This document shows, one piece after another, positions 8,164 to 16,221 of a DNA stretch of 64,000 nucleotides; the first letter of the stretch is position 1, and the number at the start of each line of letters is the position of its first letter. The stretch is taken from assembly GCA_963704725.1 (NCBI GenBank), contig OY969934.1, positions 768,001 through 832,000 of the forward strand, written 5' to 3'. Source of the DNA: an uncultured Actinomycetes bacterium. GTDB lineage: Bacteria > Actinomycetota > UBA4738 > HRBIN12. The notes below the pieces were generated by a model, which made no database searches, had not been told where the DNA came from, and saw only the letters and a program-made list of their open reading frames with translations. Both the position numbers and the translations under genes were made by a program.

Positions 8164-8543
8164 TGATGGACGCGTTCCGTCTCACCATGCCCTGCAGGGC
8201 GGATCAGCTCGGGACGGCCCGTTCGTTCGCCGCGGCGGTCGCCCGGCACTACGCGATCTCGGGTGAGTCGGTCGAGGACCTGAAGCTCGCGATCTCGGAG
8301 GCGTGCGTCGATGCACTCGTGGCCGGCGCGCCGATCGACGTGTCGGCGGAGGATGCCGGGAGCTCGATCGCGTTCGCCGTGAAGGCCCCGGACGCCGCCG
8401 GCGCTCCGGGTGGTCCCGAGCGTGCTGAGCTCGACGAGCTCGGCGCGCCCGCCCGGATCCAGCTGATCCGCTCCCTGTTCCCGGACGCGACGGTGTCGGA
8501 GGACGGTCACCGCACGATCCGGTTCTCGCTCCCGCTCGGCTGA
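8160..8543 (+). CDS. Second RsbW-like ATP-binding-fold protein (degenerate)
   Basis: RLTMPCRADQLGTARSF...VEDLKLAISEAC. Overlaps the STAS gene stop. Confidence 0.75.
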   Translation: MMMDAFRLTMPCRADQLGTARSFAAAVARHYAISGESVEDLKLAISEACVDALVAGAPIDVSAEDAGSSIAFAVKAPDAAGAPGGPERAELDELGAPARIQLIRSLFPDATVSEDGHRTIRFSLPLG

Positions 8544-8572
8544 GCGCCCGCTCGCCATCGCGCACGTCCGCC

Positions 8573-8598
8573 GTTTCCGATCCGCCGTGTTCGGGAAT
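8573..8598 (+). promoter_or_regulatory. SigB-type promoter for the csbD-like gene
   Basis: GTTT-N16-GGGAAT. Confidence 0.7.
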
Positions 8599-8630
8599 CT
8601 CCGCCGAGACCACCGAGCGAAGGAGGCCCC

Positions 8631-8822
8631 ATGGGCGAGAAGACGGATGAGGCGAAGGGCCGCGCGAAGGAGGCCGTCGGCGATCTCACGGACGACGAGC
8701 GCCTCAAGCGCGAGGGCAAGATGGATCGAGCCGGCGCGACGGTGAAGCGCAAGACGGGCGAAACCGTCGACAAGGCGAAGGAAGCCGTCGATGACGTCAT
8801 GGACGACGCGCGGAAGCGCTGA
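8631..8822 (+). CDS. CsbD family general stress protein
   Basis: DEAKGRAKEAVGDLTDDERLKREGKMD; RBS AAGGAGG. Confidence 0.92.
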   Translation: MGEKTDEAKGRAKEAVGDLTDDERLKREGKMDRAGATVKRKTGETVDKAKEAVDDVMDDARKR

Positions 8823-8826
8823 CGCT

Positions 8827-8852
8827 GTTTGAGTCGGCGGCGCAACGGGAAT
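8827..8852 (+). promoter_or_regulatory. SigB-type promoter
   Basis: GTTT-N16-GGGAAT. Confidence 0.7.
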
Positions 8853-8894
8853 CGACTGGCTGCTCAACGGAGATCGACGCGGGAGGTGGGAGCG

Positions 8895-9053
8895 ATGACG
8901 TATCGAGACGAACGTCAGGTCCAGGAGCCGCCCGTGCACGAGGGATCGAATGGCCTCGTCGGCTACGCGGCGATCAAGTACACGGCGATCGTGGTGATCG
9001 TGCTCGCGATCCTCGCGTTCCTCGCCTGGTACGTGCTGCCTCGGCTGACCTGA
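8895..9053 (+). CDS. 52-aa single-TM small protein
   Basis: GGAGG/GGGAG upstream; MTYRDERQ...YAAIKYTAIVVIVLAILAFLAWYVLPRLT. Confidence 0.7.
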   Translation: MTYRDERQVQEPPVHEGSNGLVGYAAIKYTAIVVIVLAILAFLAWYVLPRLT

Positions 9054-9077
9054 GGCCGTCGGTGGAAGGGAGACGAC

Positions 9078-9257
9078 ATGCTCGCGATGGTGATGGCAAT
9101 CAACGGAGGTGCGGCCACGCTGCTGTGGCTGATTGCCGCCGTCCTGGTGATCGCCGGGATCGTGACCCTGGTGCGCGGGGCGGTGGTGTCCGGCGTCGTC
9201 CTGATCGTGGTCGGACTGCTCGTCGGTCCGGGAGGGGTGAGCATCTTCAACGCCTGA
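9078..9257 (+). CDS. GPGG-motif small membrane protein (59 aa)
   Basis: Manual translation: ...LLWLIAAVLVIAGIVTLVRGAVVSGVVLIVVGLLVGPGGVSIFNA*. Below the ORF-track length cutoff. Confidence 0.85.
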   Translation: MLAMVMAINGGAATLLWLIAAVLVIAGIVTLVRGAVVSGVVLIVVGLLVGPGGVSIFNA

Positions 9258-9303
9258 CCCGATGAAAGCGCGGACGTTCTGCGCTCTCATCGACACGTGA
9301 GAT

Positions 9304-9337
9304 CGAGGTCGTCGCCCGTCTTCGGGCGGCGACCTCG
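9304..9337 (+). terminator. Stem-loop after the small-protein genes
   Basis: CGAGGTCGTCGCCCG-tctt-CGGGCGGCGACCTCG (one G-U pair). Confidence 0.5.
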
Positions 9338-9457
9338 TCGCGACGCCGAGGCTTGGCGGGGTCTCCGGCAGCGCCGGGCGATCGTTTCGCATTACCCTTC
9401 CCGGGTGCCGCCTGGAGATCCCTCTTGATCCGGGGAACGTCGGGTTCTGTCCCCCCG

Positions 9458-12400
9458 GTGCGGACGGCGCTCGGGACGGTGGTCGAACGCCGGTTCCGGC
9501 CCGAGTCGAGCGCCGCGGCGGCCGCGCGCCACGCGCTGGCCGACCTGATCGGGCGCTACCTCGACGAGTCGGGCCTGGACAACGCGAAGCTGCTGACGAG
9601 CGAGCTCGTCACGAACTCAGTCAGGCACGGTCCGAAGGGCCCGTACGCCGACGTGTGCCTTCGCGTCGTCGTCCGCGAGTCGGCCGTGCGGGTCGAGGTG
9701 ATCGACGACGGCGGTGGGTTCGTCCGCCCACCGGTGCCCGACCCTCGCGAGATCGGCGGCTGGGGCCTCGTCCTCGTCGACAGCGTGGCCGATCGCTGGG
9801 GGATCGAACCGGGCGCCCCCACGACGGTGTGGTTCGAGATCGACCGGGATCCGAAGGCGCCTCCCGCCGCCGTCGGGCCGTCGGCGTGGCCGGCCTCCTT
9901 CGACCCCGTGATGCTCGACATCGAGCCGGCCGCGGTGATCGCCGCGGACCTGGAGGGGACCATCACCCGCTGGAACCGGCAGGCCTCGCGCCTGTTCGGG
10001 TTCGAGGCGGCCGAAGCGATCGGCACGCCGATCGCCCAGACGCTGGTGGCCGACCCCGACTCCGCCGCCGCGGAGGTCCTCCTGCGGCGGCTGCGCGAGG
10101 GCGACGCGTGGGACGAGGAGTGGCTGGCTCCCCGCCGCGGCGGCGGTCGTATCTGGGTCCGCCTGGCCATCTCGCCCGTTCGCGACGAGCGGGGCGACGT
10201 GATCGGCACGATCGCGGTCGCGCTCGACATCAGCGAGCGCCGTCGGGCGCAGACCGCGCTGGCAGACAGCCAGGAGCGACTGAGGATCGCGTTGGACGCC
10301 GGCCGGATGGGGACCTGGGACTGGGACATGGACTCGGGCGCGATGCGCTGGTCCGAGAGCCTCGAGCGCATGCACGGTCTGGAGCCGGGCGGGTTCGGCG
10401 GGATGTTCGAGCATTTCCAGGCGGACATCCACCCCGACGATCGAACGCGAACCCTGGCGGCGATCCAGCGCGCCGTCCACGAGGGCCTCGAGCTCACGCA
10501 CGACTACCGGATCGTCCGGCCGTCCGACGGCGCGGTGCGGTGGCTCGCCTTGCGGGGGCGCGTCCTGCGGGAGGACACGGACCGGGTGACGGGAATGGCC
10601 GGCGTGTGCGCCGACATCACGGTGCGGAAGGAGGCGGAGCGGAGCCTGGCCGTGCAGTACGCGATCTCCCGCGTGCTGTCCACGGCGACGACGCTCGATG
10701 AGGCCGCCCCGGAGCTGCTCCGGGCCATCGGGGAGGCGCTCGGGTGGGAGGTCGGGCTCATCTGGCGCCTCGACGAGGACGACGCCGTCCTGCGCTTCGC
10801 CGGAGGTTGGACCGCGACGAGGGCCGTGGGGGCGCCGTTCCTTCGCCGGAGCCGGGAGTTCCTGTTCGAGCGCGGGGTGGGGCTGCCGGGGACGGTGTGG
10901 GAGGCCGGCCGCCCTCGGTGGGTCGCGGACCTGGCGCTGGAGGAGAACTTCCCGCGCGCGCCGTTCGCGATCGAGGAGGGGCTGCACGCTGGGTTCGGGT
11001 TCCCGTTGACGCTCGGAGGTCAGCTGCTCGGGGTGATGGAGTTCTTCAGCCGGAGGATCCGCGAGCCCGACGGCCCCCTGCTCGACCTGATGACCTCGGT
11101 CGGGGCACAGGTCGGCCAGTACCTCGAGCGCCAGTCGACCGAGACGGAGCTCGTCGAGAGCGAGGCCCGCAAGAGCGCGATCCTCGAGTCCGCGCTCGAG
11201 GCCATCGTGACGATGGATCGGCTCGGCACGATCGTCGAGATGAACGCCGCGGCGAGCGAGATGTTCGGCCTCGATCGCGAGGCCGCGATCGGGGGCGAGC
11301 TGGCGGAGCTGATGATCCCCGAGGGGCTCCGTCAGCGTCATCGCGAGGCGCTGCGACGGTTCCCGCGGACGGGTCGCGGACGGATCCTCGGGCGCCGGCT
11401 GGAGCTCACCGGCCTTCGCGCCGACGGCACCGAGTTTCCCGTCGAGCTGACGGTCACGCGCGTCCAGCTCCCGGACCCGGACGAGATCCTGTTCACGGGG
11501 TACATCCGGGACATCACCCCGCGTCGCCGGGCGGAGGAGCTGCAGGCCCAGCTGTTCGAGAGCGAGCGCGCGGCGCGTGAGGAGGTGGAGCGGGCGCACG
11601 AGCGCTCCGCGTTCCTGGCGGACGCGAGCGTGATCCTCGGCGGCTCGCTCGATCACCGCCGGACCCTCGCCAAGGTCGCCCGGCTCATCGTTCCCCGGCT
11701 CGCGGATTGGTGCAGCGTCGACCTCGGCGAGGCCGACGGGACCGTCCAGTCGGTGGCCGTCGCGCACGCCGATCCCGACAGGCTCGAGCTCACCCGGGAG
11801 TACCGGCGCCGGTTCCCGCCGGACCTGAGCGTCGGGGGCGGCGTCGCCGCCGTGATCTCCTCGGGTGAGCCCGCGATCTACCCCGAGGTGACGCCCGAGA
11901 TGCTCGAGGCGGGGATGCCCGATCCGGAGCGGCGGGCGATGCTCGAGGAGCTCGGCCTGCGCTCCGTGATGGTGGTGCCGCTCAAGGCTCGAGGCCAGGC
12001 CATCGGTTCGATCACGTTCGCCTCGGCGGCGTCGGGTCGGACGTACGGCGAGGCGGACCTCGAGCTCGCGCAGGAGCTGGCGCGCCGCGCCGCGCTCGCG
12101 CTCGACAACGCGCGCCTGTACGAGGAGCGGAGCCACATCGCGCGCACCCTCCAGCGCTCGCTCCTCCCCCGCCGGCTCCCGGAGATCCCCGGGGTCCAGG
12201 TGGCGGCGTTCTACCAGCCGGCCGGCGTGACGCAGACCGAGGTCGGCGGCGACTTCTACGACGTGTCCGAGGCGGCCGACGGCGCATGGTCGGTCGTGGT
12301 CGGCGACGTGTGCGGCAAGGGCGTGGAGGCGGCCGCCCTCACCGGCATGGCCCGGCACACCCTCCGGATCTCCGTCCTCCGCGAGACCACTCCGAGCGCC

Positions 12401-12847
12401 GCGCTCCGCGACCTCAACCGGGTGATGCTCCAGGAGGACGGCGAGCGTTTCTGCACGGTGGCGCTCGGCCGGCTCGAGCGCACGTACCGTGGTCTCCGGC
12501 TGACGGTCGCGTGCGGCGGTCACCCCCCGCCCCTCGTGCTCCGTTCGGACGGCGGCGTCGCCTCGATCGGCGCGCCGGGCTCACTCCTCGGTGTGTTCCC
12601 GAACGTGTCGATCGAGGACGTCGTCCTCGACCTCGACGCGGGCGATCAGGTCGTCCTGTTCACCGACGGGCTCGTCGACGCCCGGCACCCCACCCCGCTG
12701 GACGACGCCGGCCTGCGACGGTTGGTGGCGGAGTGCCGGGACCTGTCCGCCCAGGCCACGGTGGATCGGATCGGGGAGGCCATCGCCGACCCCGGCAGCG
12801 AGGCCCCCGACGACGTCTGCATCCTGGTTCTGCGCGTGGACGGTTGA
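9458..12847 (+). CDS. HATPase(RsbW-like)-PAS-PAS-GAF-PAS-GAF-SpoIIE(PP2C) signalling protein
   Basis: SELVTNSVRHG/DDGGGF/GGWGL; PAS (WNRQA, IHPDD, DGTEFPVE); GAF; VGGDFYD, GDVCGKG, FTDGL, DDVCIL. Start uncertain. Confidence 0.9.
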   Translation: MRTALGTVVERRFRPESSAAAAARHALADLIGRYLDESGLDNAKLLTSELVTNSVRHGPKGPYADVCLRVVVRESAVRVEVIDDGGGFVRPPVPDPREIGGWGLVLVDSVADRWGIEPGAPTTVWFEIDRDPKAPPAAVGPSAWPASFDPVMLDIEPAAVIAADLEGTITRWNRQASRLFGFEAAEAIGTPIAQTLVADPDSAAAEVLLRRLREGDAWDEEWLAPRRGGGRIWVRLAISPVRDERGDVIGTIAVALDISERRRAQTALADSQERLRIALDAGRMGTWDWDMDSGAMRWSESLERMHGLEPGGFGGMFEHFQADIHPDDRTRTLAAIQRAVHEGLELTHDYRIVRPSDGAVRWLALRGRVLREDTDRVTGMAGVCADITVRKEAERSLAVQYAISRVLSTATTLDEAAPELLRAIGEALGWEVGLIWRLDEDDAVLRFAGGWTATRAVGAPFLRRSREFLFERGVGLPGTVWEAGRPRWVADLALEENFPRAPFAIEEGLHAGFGFPLTLGGQLLGVMEFFSRRIREPDGPLLDLMTSVGAQVGQYLERQSTETELVESEARKSAILESALEAIVTMDRLGTIVEMNAAASEMFGLDREAAIGGELAELMIPEGLRQRHREALRRFPRTGRGRILGRRLELTGLRADGTEFPVELTVTRVQLPDPDEILFTGYIRDITPRRRAEELQAQLFESERAAREEVERAHERSAFLADASVILGGSLDHRRTLAKVARLIVPRLADWCSVDLGEADGTVQSVAVAHADPDRLELTREYRRRFPPDLSVGGGVAAVISSGEPAIYPEVTPEMLEAGMPDPERRAMLEELGLRSVMVVPLKARGQAIGSITFASAASGRTYGEADLELAQELARRAALALDNARLYEERSHIARTLQRSLLPRRLPEIPGVQVAAFYQPAGVTQTEVGGDFYDVSEAADGAWSVVVGDVCGKGVEAAALTGMARHTLRISVLRETTPSAALRDLNRVMLQEDGERFCTVALGRLERTYRGLRLTVACGGHPPPLVLRSDGGVASIGAPGSLLGVFPNVSIEDVVLDLDAGDQVVLFTDGLVDARHPTPLDDAGLRRLVAECRDLSAQATVDRIGEAIADPGSEAPDDVCILVLRVDG

Positions 12848-12855
12848 GGCCGGCC

Positions 12856-14076
12856 GTGCGAGACCTCGAGGCTCTCGCGGCCGCCACCCCCGCCACGCGC
12901 GACCGGTACGTCGACCTCCTGCGCGCCGTGTCGATCTGCGGGGTCGTCTTCGGCCACTGGTTCATCGGGATCATCCACGAGGGGGGCGGTCTCGTCCGGC
13001 TGACGAGCGCTGTCGGCGTGACGAGCGGGCTGTGGCTCGGGACCTGGCTCTTCCAGGTGATGCCGGTCTTCTTCTTCGTCGGCGGGTTCTCCAACCTCAC
13101 CGCGTACGACGCGTTCCGCCGCCGGGGTGAGTCGGCCGGGGCGTTCGTACGCAGCCGTGTGGAACGTCTGCTCCGCCCATCGGCGATCTTCCTCGGCGCG
13201 TGGGCGGTGGTCCAGATCGGCCTGCACCTGGCCGACGTCGGGCGCGCGGCCGGCCCGCCGCTGTGGGGAGACACGCGGCTGCTGCGCGGGGTGCTTCCGC
13301 CCGCCCAGACGCTGCCGTTCGGCCCGCTGTGGTTCCTCGGCTTCTACCTCGTCGTCGTGGTCGCCGCGCCGGCCCTGATCTGGATCCACCGGCGGTACGG
13401 GCTCGCCGTGCCGGTCGCGATGGCGATCATCGTCGTCGTGATCGACGTCGTCGGGTTCGGCCTGGGATGGCATGGGTTCCGGTACCTCAACGTGGCACCC
13501 GTCCTGCTCTTCCCCCATCAGGTCGGGTTCTTCTACGCGGAGGGCCGGTTCACCGAACGGCGGCTGCACGCCGCGATGGTTGTCGCCGGGCTCGCCGGCC
13601 TCGTGCTCCTGACGAACCCGTGGGTGTTCCGGGCGTTCGGCGACGCCCCGCGCGAGTGGTTCCCGGGTATCGGCCACTATCCGAAGAGCCTGCTCGGCAC
13701 CGACGTCGAGGAGATCTCGAACGCGTACCCGCCGACGGTGTGCTTCCTGCTCGGCGGGGTCTGGGCCATCGGGGCCGTGATGCTCCTGCGCCAGGCGGCG
13801 ACGAAGTGGCTCGAACGGGCCCGCGTGTGGAAGGCGACCATCTTCGTGAACGCCATGGTGATGACGCTCTTCCTGTGGCACATGACCGCCTACCTGCTGG
13901 CGATCTTCGCGCTCCGCCCGCTCGGCTTCGGGCTCGAGCAGGACGGCACCGCCCGGTGGTGGCTCGAGCGGCCGGTCTGGATCCTGGTCCCCGGAGTGAT
14001 CCTGGCCGGGGCGGTGGCGCTCCTGGCCCAGTTCGAGCGCCCTCGTCGCGCACCGCGGCCGGTGGCCGTAGCCTGA
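12856..14076 (+). CDS. Acyltransferase family 3 membrane protein
   Basis: RDRYVDLLRA...VFGHW, QVMPVFFFVGG, PLWFL, MTLFLWH. Confidence 0.88.
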   Translation: MRDLEALAAATPATRDRYVDLLRAVSICGVVFGHWFIGIIHEGGGLVRLTSAVGVTSGLWLGTWLFQVMPVFFFVGGFSNLTAYDAFRRRGESAGAFVRSRVERLLRPSAIFLGAWAVVQIGLHLADVGRAAGPPLWGDTRLLRGVLPPAQTLPFGPLWFLGFYLVVVVAAPALIWIHRRYGLAVPVAMAIIVVVIDVVGFGLGWHGFRYLNVAPVLLFPHQVGFFYAEGRFTERRLHAAMVVAGLAGLVLLTNPWVFRAFGDAPREWFPGIGHYPKSLLGTDVEEISNAYPPTVCFLLGGVWAIGAVMLLRQAATKWLERARVWKATIFVNAMVMTLFLWHMTAYLLAIFALRPLGFGLEQDGTARWWLERPVWILVPGVILAGAVALLAQFERPRRAPRPVAVA

Positions 14077-14082
14077 GGAGCG

Positions 14083-14376
14083 ATGGCGAAGACCGCTCCC
14101 GTCGAGACCGAGCGTCCCACGTCCGAGGCCGACGTCACGCCCGACGTGCCCTGGATCGTCATCGTGTGGAACGACCCGATCAACCTGATGACCTACGTGG
14201 TCTACGTGTTCCAGAAGCTCTTCGGGTATCCGCGCGACAAGGCGACGAAGCTGATGCGCGACGTCCACTACAAGGGCAAGGCGGTCGTCAGCGAGGGCCC
14301 GCGCGAGCGCTGCGAGCTGGACGTGTCTCGCCTCCACGCGCACGGGCTGTGGGCGACGCTGCAACGGGGCCGCTGA
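14083..14376 (+). CDS. clpS: ATP-dependent Clp protease adaptor ClpS
   Basis: [24 protein letters not shown]...[13 protein letters not shown]. Confidence 0.95.
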   Translation: MAKTAPVETERPTSEADVTPDVPWIVIVWNDPINLMTYVVYVFQKLFGYPRDKATKLMRDVHYKGKAVVSEGPRERCELDVSRLHAHGLWATLQRGR

Positions 14377-14850
14377 GTGATCGCACGTCGGGTGCGACGG
14401 TCGCGCGGCGGGACGTTCGAGATCCGGATCCCCGAGGAGGAGCGGGTCGTGCTTCGCACCCTCCCCGCTCAGCTCCGGTCGCTCCTGGTCGAGGGCGACC
14501 CGGTCGCGGACCCCGCCCTTCGACGGTTGTACCCGGCCGCCTATCTCGACGACCCGGCGGCGGCGGCGGAGTTCGACGGACTCGTGCGCGACGAGCTCAC
14601 GACGCAACGCGTGACGGCCGTCGACCGGATGGCCGAGACGCTCGAGGCGGATCGCCTGAGCGAGGACGACCTGCTCGCGTGGCTCGGCGCGATGAACGAC
14701 CTCCGGCTCGTGCTCGGGGTGCGCCTCGCCGTCACCGAGGAGAGCGAACCGCGGGACTTCGAGGGAGATCCGGAGCGTGAGGGCTCGTTCGCGCTCTACC
14801 TGTACCTGGGGTTCCTGGTGGGGGAGATCGTCGAGGCGCTGAGCCGATGA
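14377..14850 (+). CDS. DUF2017 family protein
   Basis: DPALRRLYPAAY, WLGAMNDLRLVLGVRL; typical clpS neighbour in actinobacteria. Confidence 0.85.
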   Translation: MIARRVRRSRGGTFEIRIPEEERVVLRTLPAQLRSLLVEGDPVADPALRRLYPAAYLDDPAAAAEFDGLVRDELTTQRVTAVDRMAETLEADRLSEDDLLAWLGAMNDLRLVLGVRLAVTEESEPRDFEGDPEREGSFALYLYLGFLVGEIVEALSR

Positions 14851-14949
14851 GACTCGCGCCGCGCCGGGCGTCGTATAGGCTCAATCGAGCTCGGAGACGG
14901 TCCGTCCCGCAGGGGGACGCCGTCTCGGCGGAGATCGGAGGGGATCGCG

Positions 14950-15750
14950 ATGGTTTCCAGGATGCGCACGGTCGGGCGGGTGATGGCCGTCGCGGTGCTC
15001 GCGCTGCTGATGAGCGCGTGCCTGAAGCTCGACATGAACCTCGACGTCTCGTCGGACGACACCGTGAGCGGGACGATCGTGTTCGCCGTCCAGAAGCAGC
15101 TCCTCGAGCTGTCCGGGCAGTCGGTCGATGCCATCTTCTCCGACACGCCGCTCCCGAGCGACACGCCCGGCGTCACCGTCGGTGACTACGAGGACGACCA
15201 GTTCGCCGGCAAGGAGTTCACGTTCGACGCCGTCCCCCTGTCCGAGTTCTCGGGCGAGAGCGCGGGCGAGCTCTCGATCACGCACGACGGCGATGTCTTC
15301 CACGTGTCCGGCACCCTGGACCTGTCCACGGTGGGGGCCACCGGGCCCTCCGGCCTGTCGGGCTTCGACCCGAGCACGTTCCTGGAGAGCGCCGAGCTCC
15401 GGATCCGCATCACGTTCCCCGGCGAGGTGACCGACTCGAACGGCCGGATCGACGGCAACACCGTGACGTGGGAGCCGGTGCTGGGCGAGGCCACGGAGCT
15501 GCGGGCGACCGCCCAGGCGACGGGCGGGAGCAGCTCGAACCTGACGCTGCTGCTGATCATCGGCGCGGTCGTCGTGGTGCTCGCGGTCGTCGCCGGCGTC
15601 GTCGTGGCCCAGCGCCGGAGGGCGCCGGCCGTCGCGGCGGCCGGCCCGATGGATGGTGGGTTCCCGGCGCCCGGCTCGCCGACCCCCCCGCCGGCGCCGG
15701 GCGGATCCCCGCCGCCACCGCCGCCGCCCGGACCCGCGGACCAGAGCTAG
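14950..15750 (+). CDS. LppM-like lipoprotein with C-terminal TM and Pro-rich tail
   Basis: Lipobox LMSAC, ITFPGEVTDSNGRIDGNTVTW, C-terminal TM. Confidence 0.75.
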   Translation: MVSRMRTVGRVMAVAVLALLMSACLKLDMNLDVSSDDTVSGTIVFAVQKQLLELSGQSVDAIFSDTPLPSDTPGVTVGDYEDDQFAGKEFTFDAVPLSEFSGESAGELSITHDGDVFHVSGTLDLSTVGATGPSGLSGFDPSTFLESAELRIRITFPGEVTDSNGRIDGNTVTWEPVLGEATELRATAQATGGSSSNLTLLLIIGAVVVVLAVVAGVVVAQRRRAPAVAAAGPMDGGFPAPGSPTPPPAPGGSPPPPPPPGPADQS

Positions 15751-15767
15751 CGGACCGTCGTCCTCGA

Positions 15768-16130
15768 TCAGCCGGAGACGGGGCCGCCCTCGTGCGGCTC
15801 GTCGGCGTCGGTCCCGCTCGTGCCGACGCGGCGGCGGATCGCCTCGCCGGTCTCGGTCACGGTCACGGCGACGGCGTCGCCGAGCGAGCGGACGGCATCC
15901 TTCAGGTCGGACTTCGCCCGGTCGTCGCGGAGCGTGTCGCCGAGCGCCGTGAACGCCCGGTTCAGCTGCTCCGCGAGCTCGCGAGCGGCCTCCTCGAGCT
16001 TGCGCTGGCTCTCGCGAGCGGCGTCGCCGGCTCCCGGCTCCGCCTGCTTGTACCGATCGGCGACGTGGCGGCTCCACGAGGTGAAGCGCTCGCCGACCTC
16101 GTTCCAGGCATCCTGCGTTCGTCCCGGCAT
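15768..16130 (-). CDS. Helical hypothetical protein
   Basis: RBS GGAGG; MPGRTQDAWNEVGERF... amphipathic-helix composition. Confidence 0.7.
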   Translation of the reverse strand: MPGRTQDAWNEVGERFTSWSRHVADRYKQAEPGAGDAARESQRKLEEAARELAEQLNRAFTALGDTLRDDRAKSDLKDAVRSLGDAVAVTVTETGEAIRRRVGTSGTDADEPHEGGPVSG

Positions 16131-16221
16131 CTGAACCTCCCGGATCGCTTCCATCCCAGCGTAGCGTCGGGTCGCGCGATCGAACGCCGGGCCGCGGGGT
16201 CGCCTCGGTAGGGTTGGGATC

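Noticed and set aside
9384-9408. Possible sixth SigB promoter before the SpoIIE gene
   Set aside because: Spacer of 15 and -10 GGGTGC deviate from the other five.
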